A DNA stretch of 64,000 nucleotides from Octopus sinensis (taxonomy: Eukaryota). This document shows positions 12,717 through 25,479 of this stretch, piece by piece; within the stretch, counting starts at the first letter, position 1; the number at the start of each line of letters is the position of its first letter. The stretch covers positions 77,934,001 through 77,998,000 of the forward strand of contig NC_043006.1 of NCBI RefSeq assembly GCF_006345805.1. Direction: 5' to 3'. Under the pieces are notes generated by a model. That model was not told the origin of the DNA, ran no database searches, and worked only from the letters and a program-made list of their open reading frames with translations. Both the position numbers and the translations under genes were made by a program.

Positions 12717-13089
12717 TATGTGTGTATGCGCACCCAGCTATATGAGTGTAGAAATATGAGATGCGTCAGACTGTTTCAGTATTAAGCTCCAAGTCGTCTG
12801 TTTTTGATTTTAGTTGTTTTTTTTTAGAATTCATCATTACTGGATTAGGGCAAGATTAATCTATTTCAACGTTAGTAGTCATACTTTTGTGATTTTATAC
12901 ATATATTGGCTTGCATGTATATACGTCTGTGTGTTTCTTACATTCATATAAATGCTCAAGCGAAAATAGATTCATAGATTTATACATACATACAGTCTCC
13001 GTTTGGTTTCTGATTCATATATTTATAGTGTTTGTGAAATGGGGAATAGAGGTTGATTTATATGTGCATATATTTTCAATTGTTTATAC

Positions 13090-13144
<55 letters not shown>

Positions 13145-13184
13145 GACAGAGAGAGATGTATACATATATATATGTATTTGTATA

Positions 13185-13239
<55 letters not shown>

Positions 13240-13921
13240 GCTTATATGCATTTATGTACTTGTACGTGTATGTGTGTGTATGTGTGTGGGTGTGTGCGTC
13301 TTCATGTGTGTGTATGTATTGCTATATGTGTGAATATTTACTTTATTCTCTTTATTTTTAATATTTGGCTCTGTTAAGTTCTGCCTAAAATAATGTTTTA
13401 TTTGCTGTCAAAGATTAAATATTATGGCTGGACAGAATATTGATCCGTGTTAGGTCTTGTTTTTCCTTTCTTGCATCATATATGAATCTACACACTCAAA
13501 AATACAATAAATTCGTCTCAAAGAATTTTCCTTTATTCCATGAGAAAATGTTAAATCGTATTCCATAGGTTTTATCTTCCTTTTAAACTGTTTTAACCAT
13601 AAAAAATATGAGATGTCAACTTCCTGAGTAGACAAGCAATCTGGTCCTGTTTGGTATACCTTCATCATTGTTCGAAGAGCTACGGACGTCACGACTTCGA
13701 TTTAATTTATACCGAAATAAAGAGAAATAATTATCCATTGTGTTATATCATTAATTCTGTATAAATCAATCACTAAGCTCGCCACTCACACGTCTCCTCT
13801 CATCACCCGCACGGTGTCCAACACTTCACATCGCGTCATAGCCAGTTGGAACTCTTGGAAAATTTTCTTGTTTATGAGCTCCACTCTCTGCCTGACTTTT
13901 TCTCTCTCTCCCACTCTCCAC

Positions 13922-13991
<70 letters not shown>

Positions 13992-14079
13992 AGAGTTTAC
14001 AAAACAAAACAAAAGAAGAAGACAGGTGGTGTACAAAACAAACAGATTTATTGATATAACGCTCAGGAATAGAAAAACT

Positions 14080-14115
14080 CTTTTACGTTTCGAACCTACG
14101 CTCTTCTACAGAAAG
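14080..14115 (-). ncRNA. Minimal type-I hammerhead-ribozyme-like motif (PLE terminal fragment)
   Basis: Minus strand CTTT-CTGTAGA-A-GAGC-GTAG-GTTC-GAAA-CG-T-A-AAAG: stems I and II pair (one G.U), palindromic ACGT stem III, UA at the cleavage position. Confidence 0.6.
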
Positions 14116-15754
14116 GGACACAGAAAAAACAAGGAGAGAAACAAGGAGAGAATAAAATGTGTAGTGGCTGACGATCTATCATGGTGATATATCATAAATA
14201 TATATATATATATATATTTATCTGTCTATCAGTTTGTCTTTCCCGTCACTTGACTTGAATGCTTCCTGTAACATAATCACACTGTATACCATTGAATCTC
14301 TCTTGGGTACACTATTAACATTGCTATGCTTATGTTTTGGGATACTGTTACCTATACTCTTTCTCCTATGAAACAACGATGTACTAACATTCATCCCCAA
14401 CGGAACAATCCCTCTTACATAAATGACACCACCCGACATACTTTCTGACATTTCACACCAAAGTGTCATCCACGTACAGTCCTTACTTCCCAGATCATAC
14501 CCCTTGGAACTCTATCATATTCATATTCTCTTCCATATATCTACTTGCAACAGTTTAAACGAAACACTAATTACGGCAGTCTCGGAGGTTTTGAAGAATT
14601 TGTTAAGGTCATGGGTATTACCATTTCCTTCGGATCCGGTAACAATGAAAAGTAAAGAGAAAGACAGAAAGATACTTTCACACTAAATCAACCAGACAAA
14701 GAATGAATGACACATATTCATATTTCTTTATTTGTATATATACATCACATTTTTCCATAAGGCATATTTGTTTATGATTTTTAAAACATTAAATATTCTA
14801 AACCATTCGAAAGAAATTTACTGTTACCAGAGACGCTTTTTTTTTTTTAGATTGAGACTTCTTCCAATATATACTTGACGTGAGATTTATATCTTTCTGT
14901 CTTTTTAGCAGAAAATATTGCATGTGAAATACATCAAAGTAACAGCTGACTTATTCAATAATTTTGCGAATTTGTTAGCAAAAAGTGTCATTGTTATGAA
15001 AACTGACATCGACATTCAACTTCATCTATACTTCCATAATTCCCTGGTGCAGTCTATCTATTGTAAAAACACCAAAAAGTTTGAAAAGCTGAACAGAGAA
15101 GCTAAAATCTGTTGATATCATTCAGAAGCACACAGTATGAGCAAGTTTGAAATTCTACTAACCTGTACCGAATCTATATATAGATTATTAAATTTACTGC
15201 TAAGATATTAGCTTTTAACCTCACTACAACTACGTTGTTTCCTTCAATTCTTTTCGTCATCCAGTCTGATATTGTTATTTTTACCACTGTTATTAATGTT
15301 GTTATTACATAAAGCGAATGAAGACGGAGCGAAAAGATAAAATAAAACCAGAAATTTTTGTCTGAATAGAACTGAGCATTGAGAGGGATTCTGAAAATAT
15401 GTTACATTGCATATCCACATATATGTGTGTTGTGACGTTAGTATGTGTTCGTCAGTGTGTTTGATATGCAATTTGATGGTGATTTATGAATAATCCGTTT
15501 TGTAGTTTTCCACGAGATAAGTTTGCTGTGTGTGGCAATGTTGTTTGTGAGCATTTACATGTATACATATAGGTGTGTGTGTGTCTGTTTTGCATGTGTT
15601 GGTGTGAGTATAACATTTTAAAAGTCGGAATATATGGTATTACATTGATTTCCTTAATTACTTTCTGTTCAACTCTACAAGTGCACAAGTAATATATATT
15701 TCATGAATATAAATATTAAAATAATTGAATTCATAATACTATATTAACAAATTA

Positions 15755-15900
15755 AGGCGGCAAGCCGGCTAGTATGCCAGGTACACTGCTTAACGGTGTT
15801 TCGTCCATCTTTACATTCTCAGGTCAAATTCCAACGGTGTCGACTTTGCCTTTCATATTCTCGGGGTCGATCTACTTGACACAGTAACTCCGTCGAAATT
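15755..15900 (-). mobile_element. SINE family B 3' part
   Basis: Reverse complement of the GACCCCGA...GAAAGGCAAAGTCGAC...GGAATTTGA...GCCGCCTTAA block also seen at 32657-33042 and 37878-38109. Confidence 0.7.
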
Positions 15901-16820
15901 ACTGGCCTTGTGCAAAAATTTGAAACCAAATATTAATATTCAGAGCCGCATGTCTTAGTGGTCATTGCGTTGGATCTATAATCGTTAGATTGTAGTTTCG
16001 ATTTTTTGACCGGCCGATGCGTTGTGTTCTTCAGCAAAACACTTCATTTCACTTCGCCCCAGTCCACTCAACTGATAAAAGTGTGTAATCTTGTGACGGA
16101 CCGCCATCCAGTCCAGGGAAGAATATAACCGCCGGAGAAACTGGACCCTTATATAGGTAAAACAAATTCGAAACTAAATGCTTGTTGGTCAGAGTTAGCA
16201 GCATGTTTACAGTAACAATGAATAGCAAAGCCTTAATTAGATGTTTTGTTTCTATATCATAAGAAATGGTAATTATCATTAATAAATTCAATAATAATCA
16301 GGGATAAGTTAGACCGCACGCAAACTCTCATGTAATATATTCCGTCCATCGCCCGCCATAGTAGCACTCACTACACACTGTGTAATTTTAGTGAGCGATT
16401 TAATGGGAAATCGCTTTTTTATGTAATGTTTCACACAATAGGTAAATTTGTTTTACCTATATAAGGGTCCAGTTTCTCCAGCGGTTATATTCTTCCCTGG
16501 ACTGGATGGCGGTCCGTCACAGGATTACACACTTTTATCAGTTGAGTGGACTGGGGCGAAGTGAAATGAAGTGTTTTGCTGAAGAATACAACGCATCGGC
16601 CGGTCAAAAAATCGAAACTACAATCTAACGATTATAGATCCAACGCAATGACCACTAAGACATGCGGCTCTGAATATTAATATTTGGTTTCAAATTGTTG
16701 CACAAGGCCAGTAATTTCGACGGAGTTACTGAGTCAATTAGATCGACCTGTGTGCTCAGCTGTTACTTAGTTCTTCGACCCCGAGAATATGAATGGCAAA
16801 GTCAACACCGGTGGCATTTG
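15825..16820. repeat. Inverted duplication: arms 15825-16168 and 16445-16820, 276-bp spacer
   Basis: Arms align by eye with fewer than about 10 substitutions plus one 32-bp indel bounded by GGTCGA direct repeats. Each arm contains a SINE B / SINE C junction. Confidence 0.95.
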
Positions 16821-17509
16821 TTATACTTTTCAAGGGGGTATTAAACACCAGCTGTACAAATCATTGAAAGCCTTTTAATTTTAATGTTACTGAGTACCTT
16901 TTAGTGGTTTCGTAACTTTATAACTTAGAAGAGAATAGAAAGTATCCCAATGTTTTCATAACCAGTTTATTGTGACAAAAGAAAATAATAAGATTAACAA
17001 GGCCAAGGAAATTTAGAAACTAAAAGCTCTGATTGACCATTTTAAAAGTTGTTACTTTTACTCCCATTTTAGATGTCTTCGGCGTTGTTAATAACTCTCA
17101 TCTCTGAGCAGCTAAGAATGAATAAATTTAAGCATATACGACAGAGTAGAATCAACTTATCTATATGTGTAGCGGTAGCACGTTAATATTGACGTATGAG
17201 TTGATAGCCGGTAGCACTGAATATAGTTAATTCCAACGGAAAAATAATTAATTGTTATGCATATATTGGCTTCCAGTATACGTCTAAAGTTTCTATTGAA
17301 GCTTCTCCCAATATTATATCATTATCTGTAATTGAAATATCAACTGTAATTAAAGTGTTGCTTTATTGTTATTGCAAACTATTGGATTACTGGATTACCG
17401 AACATTAGATGTTTATGCCAAGTAAATCTCCACGCTGAAATATGTGGCCAAGTGGTAAGGGTATTCATTTTCTAATCATAAGTTTGTGGATTCAATGCCT
17501 GGGCCGGGT

Positions 17510-17546
<37 letters not shown>

Positions 17547-20500
17547 GCTGTGTTTGCTCGCCAATACTCAATAACCTAAATCAAGTAGCTACGAAGCATG
17601 AACGACGAATGGATGTCATTTTTGTTAACTTTACCAGTACTGTACTGTACGTATCATAATATGGCGCTCAAAATATGTCGACCTGACGATAGTTTAAATT
17701 CTGATATCAATTATGTTTATTATCAGATGAAGTAAAGAGAAACTGTGGCAAAGAGGCAGCTAACTGTTTCTGAATAACAGATTTCTGATAAAGTCGTTCA
17801 TCCAAAAGAGTGGATACCTGAGATACAATCAATGAATGCTGACAAACGGGACTTGTCTGTGTTATCATCTGACAAGACTGTCAGTTGCTGCTAGACAAGC
17901 AAATTATTTTAGAAAATTTAGATTCTAGATAATAAAATAATATACAGTGATCATCGATCAATAAATTGTCTTATGCTCGAGACATTTTTAGTAATTTTTA
18001 TCCATGAAAAACTCATAATGCCTGGGCAAAAGAAATCGCTATTTAAAGAGAAGAAAGTATTTATTGCAAATAGTACTACCTGTGTATTCTCCCTTCTAAA
18101 ATAAAACGTCTGTTTTTCTAGACAAAAGCAATTATTTCTAGTTTTGTGGACGAGCGCCGTGGCGCACTATTCACCTTTATCATCCGGAAATTCTTCTGTT
18201 TGTATTTCATCTGTAACCCTTTTAAGCGCACCTTTAATGCAAGCATTGAGAAAGGGAAGGTCGTCATGTTTTAACATCTTCCATTACTCGAAGTCGCCTG
18301 GCTTTGTAGATATATTATTAAATGTTACTTAAGTATTTACACAGAGTGAAGTGAATGCTGCTACTGCGGGTGATGTGCCGAACATTTTACACTAGAGCTT
18401 GCTATCCACCTGGATGTTTTTGCAGTTATGTGCGTTCTAACTTATTACTGATTATTATTGAATTTATGAATGATCATAACCACTTTTTATGATACTGTAA
18501 TTCTGTGAATTGATAGGAGTTACTTAAATGGATATAATATGAATTAATGACATATATTTTGTATCACACCGTTTATAATTTATGTTTAAGTACTTTAAGC
18601 GTAAACATGTATAACATTTACAAATTCGTTTTTCTTAGCACGTTCCAGTAAATATGATAAAGGAGTATTTGCTATGTTTCGCTAGTTTTGGTATTCGGTG
18701 ATCTGCCTTTTATATTATACGATCAGTTTAGATTAGATATTTCTTCATTGATCCGTTCTCGTAATCAAGCTTGGAAGGCATCATGGCAGTCCTCTTGTTA
18801 TATTTCCAGTAACTAGAGACACAGCGATAGGCTGCTCGTTATAGGAGCACCGACATGAAAGTCTTTAGTGCATTTACCAGTGAGTTTAATACGTCTATGC
18901 TGTAGGCTGGAAGAATCTCATGTTTCTCGCCCTTGACTTTCCGAGAGAGTGAGAGGCGAGACAGAAAAAAAATAAAGCAAATGAAAAAGAACATATGTAA
19001 GTGTTGTCGCCTAAGCTGTATTTACTTTGGTGTTTCATAAAGATTTTTCTTCTCGTATCTCTGTTGTCAATGAACCAACATCCAGTAACAATGTGGAATG
19101 AAATCCTTGGCTTGTATTACTTAACTTACAAAAGGTTAAGAAACCAATCACAATTATATCTAACAATTTTGATAATATGACCTTATATAAAGAGAAGTTA
19201 AAACCATAAATTTCGATTAATTCATAACAGTAAGAAGAGATGAACTTGAGAAATTTCGATTAACACTTGTATTAGAGATATATGGTTATTCAATAAAACA
19301 TCCCATAATTAACCGAACCTTCTTGAAAGGGGAGTTTAGTAATTGAATTAAACAGGGAGGTCAGACAAATGGTACAGTTTTTGTACTAACGGCTCGCGCC
19401 TGAACTCGTGATGCTATGTAATGGCGGAATATCATATTCATATCAGTTGCAGCTGGCCTTCTTCCGTCTCGTTATTATTTACTGATTGTATGCTACTTTG
19501 GATTGATATCAGATAAGAAATCCTCTGTCGGGGGTCACGAATAATATATGTTTGTATGTGGTGGTGGTAGTTGTTGGTTGTAGATAATAACTGTGTGAAG
19601 GATCGCAGTTCAAATGTAAGAAATAAAAATATCAACTGGCACCGTAACATGATGTCTGCAAGTGATAGGCGAAAAAAAAAAAGGTTCGTTTGAGATATAA
19701 TTTTTAAAACTACATTTCTGATCTACTACATTGATTTTTATTTTACATCTCAGTATCCGCATGTTTCTAATCATCTATTTCTTTTTATTGCTGCTTTTTT
19801 ATGATAATGTAGCTTTTGTTTGTTTAGTTTTTATTTTCTTTCTCTTTTGGAGGGGTGGGGGGGGGGGTTAAACTTCCGCTTTGTTTTTCTGCTTATCTTT
19901 TAGGTTTATTTTATCTAAAATGTGCGATTTCTCACAGTACTGATAGACAGAATGATACTTGTTGGCCCTTTATCAAATAACATTCAATATGCATTGGTGA
20001 TGTTAGCTTCCTCTACCGATGGCGCACTGCAGAATAAACGATAAAAGTGAAAAAGAAGAAAAACACGGCAAATCAAGGAAGGACTCTTAGTGAGAAGATA
20101 TAAACTGTCGAGTGAAACATTAAATGAGAAACATAAATTCTAGGTAGGTAACTCCCACATCCTCCTGTATCTTCTCTTCTTTCCCTGCAAAGTTCTTTCA
20201 TATCGTTTATCAGTCAGAAAACCAATTAGTTTGTCTGATGGGAACTGACTTTAATACCGTCAGTCATATCCGTTATCACCAGCCCTCATCGGAAACAAGG
20301 GAGAAATTTAGAAATTAATTCGTCTTAGATGCTCACGTCCAAAATAAGCTCTTTGGAACTTTTAGTTATCAAAACACGTCCGTGATGATTATCTTTTGAT
20401 TGTCTCTTGCTTGAAATTCCTTTTATTGACTGTTTTGAAACGTTCATGCAAAACTCAGTTATACTAGAGGGATATTTTGATTCTTTTGTTTACTTCACTA

Positions 20501-20881
20501 TTATTTAGTTACCATCAACGACTCCATGCTGAGTTAGACATTTTCTGCGCACAATACTAGAGTTGCTGTCTATAAAGGTAAATGCGTTGCTATCAATGGT
20601 TTGTTTTCTAAATATCATGTTCCTTTTGTATAGATTTCTCTGCAGTCGTGCAGCACTATGGCTTTCTCATACCAGTCGTAAGAAGACAATTCACGATTCA
20701 TTTGTCTATACACTATTACAAGCTGAAATGTTTCTCCCTATTTTCCTTTATGTTTTCAATTACAATTTTGTTTCCTTCAACCATAAATTCGATTTTTGTC
20801 GCAAATTTATCGTTTCACTTAAACAACATTCGGCTAAAAGAAAATAAAAGCATACAGAATAAATCACAAATGTTTGTAAAG

Positions 20882-20915
<34 letters not shown>

Positions 20916-22008
20916 TTGGTTTTATAAATAAAGCAGGGTATGATAAATTTAGAAAGGAATTTAGCGCTATAGTGTGAAACATCATCTTGAATAGCATTCA
21001 TGTGGGAATGTAACTCGTAAACACACGACATAAATGAAACTTCATGTCATGGACGAATGTATAAGAATTTTGATAATGATATTTCAATGGATGTTTTTAT
21101 TAGATTTTTAATGGCTGACAAGTGAGACATTAATCCAAAAATATACTCCAGAAGAGGTGTAGAATTAGATAGAAAAATAAAAGCAATTTGTTGAGTGGTT
21201 TGCGGAATGGGGTAGTTCTTTCTGAAGTAAGTATAAAGCCAGAAATTTTGGAGATGCCGTTAGTCAATTTTATCTATATTGTACTAATACTTTACTTTAT
21301 GGAGCGCGCAAAGATGAAAGGTGTAGTGGCATTAGCCGGTATTTCAGCTCGGAAAGTAAGAGTGGAAAGAACTACTACTTGACATGTTTTGCGATGTTCT
21401 AAATTACTGGTTCTCATCTGGGGAACATATAAGCTATTTGGGGGTTCACGCAAGCAAACTATTAGATCGGCGATCGAGAGTAGTATTTTAGGGGTCCATG
21501 GAAACATTTTGCTTTAGACGTATTTTAGACATATTCTATCAGTGAGCGATTTTTGCAACACAAGTGAATGTGCAAAAAGCAAAATAGACTTTTAAAAAGG
21601 GAATGCATATGAGGGTCCACCAAAAGGAATCAGAAATCGAAAGGCTTCATAATAAAAAAAATAGTTGAGAATGACTGCTTTAAAGACCATTCGTCCGTTT
21701 TGTGTGGGGAAAATAATAATACAAAGATTATCAATATATTTGCCTATCAATATATTTTCATCAGGTAAATATTGTAGTATTCATCTTGGACAAATAACGA
21801 CGTGCTGGGACTAGAAAAATCTATAACGTCTATTTATGAATATTTATACAATGCCTCCGAATTTTTGTATCTTAAAGCGATTTGCAACCCAATTTTACAT
21901 GCTTTTATTCGTAGCTGCATGAGTGATTCGAGAGTAACAATTACTAAACGAATTATTTCACCTCCTCGCGAAAGTTTATGCACACCTGTGTTGTTAAATA
22001 TGTATATA

Positions 22009-22164
22009 GGCGCAAGGGTGACTGTGTGGTAAGTAGCTTGCATACCAACGACATGGTTCCGGATTCAGTCCCACTGCGACTTCTACTATAGCCTCGGGCC
22101 CACCAAAGCCTTGTGAGTGGATTTGGTTGACAGAAACTGAAAGAACCCGTCGTATTTATGTGTA

Positions 22165-22196
<32 letters not shown>

Positions 22197-22420
22197 GTGC
22201 GTGTGTGTACATATTTGTATGTGTTTATGTGTCTGTGTTTGTCCTCCCAACATCTCTTGAAAACCGATGCTGGTGTGTTTACGTCCACGTAACTTAGCGG
22301 TTCGGCAAAAAGGGCCGATAGAATAAGTACTAGGCTTACAAAGAATAAGTGCTGCGGTCGATTTATTCGACTAAAGGCGGTGCCCAAGCATGGCCGCAGT
22401 CAAATGACTAAAACAAGTAA
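22009..22420 (+). mobile_element. SINE family A
   Basis: Full head-to-tail match to the family, with a short deletion in the central block. Confidence 0.9.
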
Positions 22421-22510
22421 ACGTGTATGTGTGTGTATGTCTGTGTGTGCGTGAGCGTGCGTCTGTGTGTGTATATATGAGTGTTTAATACTACAGCTAT
22501 ATATTTTATA

Positions 22511-22723
22511 TTTTTTACTTCTTTCAGTCATTTGATTGTGGCCAGGACGAGGCTTGAAGAGTTTTAGAAAATAATCGACGCAAGGACTCGATTTTTAAAG
22601 CCTAATACTAGTTCTATCGGGCTTTTGCCGAACCGCTAAGCTCGACATAAACATACCAACACATGTTGTGAAGCAGCGGTGAAAGGCAAACACAGACACA
22701 GATATACACACACATATATGTAC

Positions 22724-22791
<68 letters not shown>

Positions 22792-22936
22792 CCCTATATA
22801 TATATATATATATATTGGACGGACTTCTTTAAGTTTTCCATCTACCAGAAGACACCTGCACTAACGTTCAACACAGTGGGACTGAATCCGGAATCATATT
22901 TGTTGGAAAGCCACTTTCTTAAAAACAGTCGCGCCA
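22511..22936 (-). mobile_element. SINE family A, diverged, tail-to-tail with the previous copy
   Basis: Reverse-complement blocks TTTCAGTCATTTGATTGTGGCC, TTTTGCCGAACCGCTAAG and GTGGGACTGAATCCGGAA. Confidence 0.8.
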
Positions 22937-23128
22937 ACACTTTATTTAAACATATGTATATATATATATATGAGAGGTAATGGTGTCAAGAAAACCCAAA
23001 TGTGTCAGTTAATGCTGAGTAAGTGTTATGCGCAGACTATAGTTAAGCTGCAGGTTCGTTATGATGCAAATGAAGAGTCCAACTAAGGTCATATATCAGT
23101 ATGTGTATATTTAAAAAAATTAACAAAC

Positions 23129-23376
23129 TGAGGTAAAAATCCAAGGCTGTGAAAGATTTCGGAACATTTATAAATAGGTCTTACAGCTGTTTCCGAGATA
23201 TTTTATATATCCCTTCATCGGAGCTCTATTTCATATCTTATCTAGAATAACTATTGCTTAACCATATTCTCACACCGTCTCCGATGAAGGGATATATAGA
23301 ATATCCCGGAAACAGCTGTAAGTCTTTCTATTTATAAATGTTCTGAAATCATTTACAGCCTTGGATTTTAATCTCA
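23129..23376. mobile_element. Head-to-head inverted pair of PLE-type terminal repeats, each carrying a hammerhead-like motif
   Basis: Arms 23129-23223 and 23279-23376 (roughly 85-90% identical), 55-bp spacer. The plus copy reads GTCT-CCGATGA-A-GGGATAT-ATAGA-ATATCCC-G-GAAA-CAGCTG-T-A-AGTC. Confidence 0.75.
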
Positions 23377-23384
23377 TTCTGTTA

Positions 23385-23420
<36 letters not shown>

Positions 23421-23422
<2 letters not shown>

Positions 23423-23556
23423 CGCGGCAGTTTGTTAAGAAGCTTGCTTCCCAACAAATACGATTCGGGATTCTGTTCCACTGTGTGGTACGTTGGTGCA
23501 AGAGTCTTCTGGTTGATGGAAAAATTAAAGAATTCCGTCGTATATATGTATGTATG

Positions 23557-23614
<58 letters not shown>

Positions 23615-23830
23615 TATATATATATAATATATATATATATAATATATATGTGTGTGTGTGTGTGTGTACATATGTATGTGTATGCGTATGTTTGCCATCC
23701 ACCCCTGCTTGATAACAGGTATTGGTATGTTTATGCCTATATAGCTTAGCTTTCGGCAAGAGCCCGATAGAACTAGTATTAGGCTTTCAAAAGTATGTCC
23801 TCCGTTTTTTTTTACTAAAAAACTTCAAGC
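23421..23830 (+). mobile_element. SINE family A, diverged, with an expanded internal (TA)n
   Basis: Colinear family blocks flank a TA tract of about 110 bp. Confidence 0.7.
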
Positions 23831-24281
23831 CCCATGTATATATGTATATACACATGTAAGTATTTTGAAATTCACATACGGTTGCAGCACAATGAGTAAA
23901 AGACTACGGTAGATGCGGAACCAGCTGCAATGATCAAGCCTTCCTTTGTTTCCCCAGAATTTTACTTTGGATGTAAACATCTTGAAAACCAAATACAGTG
24001 AGATCGAACTCGCGACTCACTTTTCACATTAATCGAACTGATAAGCAAATGACCACAGAGTTTCGGAAATTTTAAAAACATCTTCCTTCCCGATAAAACA
24101 CCAATGACAGCCACTTGTATATATCGTACTTAAGTTGTAAATTGATTATCAATTATTCAATTTCATCCAATCGAAATATCATTGAATCTCAATAAAATTA
24201 AAAGTGTATTTTGAGAAAGATCAAGAAACACTCTATCAGAAGTAAAGATATGACATTTACTACTCAATCATTGTGCCCTGT

Positions 24282-24510
24282 ATGAATGTATGTATGTATG
24301 TATGTATGTATGTATGTATGTATGTATGTATGTATGTATGTATGTATGTATGTATGTATGTACGTATGTATGTATGTATGTGTGTATGTATGGTTTTATG
24401 TATGTATGTATGTATTTATGTATGTATGTGTGTATGTATTTATGTATGTATGTGTGTATGTGTATGTATGTATGTATGTATGCATGTATGTACGTATGTA
24501 TGTATGTGTG
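24282..24510. repeat. (ATGT)n microsatellite
   Basis: Tandem TATG units; source of the MYVC ORFs. Confidence 0.97.
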
Positions 24511-24844
24511 TATGTTTTCTTCTGTTTTTAATTATTTAGATTCTTCCTCTTTAGGAGGAGCCGGTTTCTAACAAAGATACGAAGCTCAATCGTTGGAATG
24601 TAGATAAAAATGTCAATGTAACATTGCAGACTTAAGAAAAGTCTTGCATATTTTTACTGTTCCGCTCACATATTGAATTTGTAAAGTGCTTTTATGTGAT
24701 TTATTTTGATGAAAACCCCCGGGTATTCATTCTAAATATGACGAGTGTTTATATCTCCTTTATTCAGGAACAACGTGATGTATTCGTGAACAGTAAACGG
24801 TGTTATCAAGAATAGAGATTAAATTTGTAGTCATGAAGAGGTCA

Positions 24845-25365
24845 GCTGACATGCAGGTCAAGACATTATCTGAATACTGGAAAAGTGTTACATGCATCCT
24901 GATGATTCGTTCATAGCATCAAAATGCCAACAGCGCGACTGCTGCTCAAGTCTCTATGGACAGTGTAAAAGATGAATGTCATGATATGGACAGCTGCAAC
25001 GAAGACTAAGCAATTACAACCAGCCAGCGTTCTGACTGCGTGCGCATGCCCGTATTCATCCAAAAACTGCAGTACAGGATGATGAAAGAGTCGAGCAAAG
25101 CAATCTTTAGCGAATGGAATGGGTGTTAGATTCACAGACATGGAGCTGGCTCTGAATGAGAACCTTAACTACGACACATACGAAAGCTGCAAGGAATAAA
25201 TTGTGAAAGGCAAAGCCAGGGCGAACCGCTTGACGAAGCCAAAGAAGACCCTGAATAAGCCAAGACATTCTGCTGAGCCAGGGACAATCTAGTTCTGAAC
25301 TGAAAAGAATTTCTGCTATTGCCAGTTGCACAGCAACCAGAGCATGTGCATAAGGTTTCTGTAAG
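24845..25365 (+). mobile_element. Tc1/mariner (maT/DD37D-like) transposase 5' fragment, decayed
   Basis: Reads QRSDCVRMPVFIQKLQ, MELALNENLNY and KARANRLTKPKKTLNKPRHSAEPGTI*F*TEKNFC, ending near the first catalytic D region. About 70% nucleotide match to the minus copy around 45200. Confidence 0.65.
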
Positions 25366-25479
25366 TATATTTCTTACTGCCCGCTCTGCTTTTTTTTTTT
25401 TATATAAAATTGTAAAATAGTTTTTATTTAACAACTTGTATCTGCTGTTTGTGTACATGAGTGTGCGGTAATTTTATGT

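Noticed and set aside
14220-14700. Possible PLE body or coding exon upstream of the minus-strand hammerhead motif
   Set aside because: No RT or GIY-YIG motif recognisable in any frame, and the pyrimidine tract is followed by CCGG rather than an AG acceptor; left unassigned.
18175-18277. Minus-strand mini-ORF MLKHDDLPFLNACIKGALKRVTDEIQTEEFPDDK with a possible donor, faintly like a cytochrome P450 K-helix
   Set aside because: It lacks the invariant ExxR, is only 34 codons long and has no supporting neighbouring exons.
24899-24930. CTGATGA as another hammerhead core
   Set aside because: No stem II followed by GAAA; it lies inside a transposase fossil.
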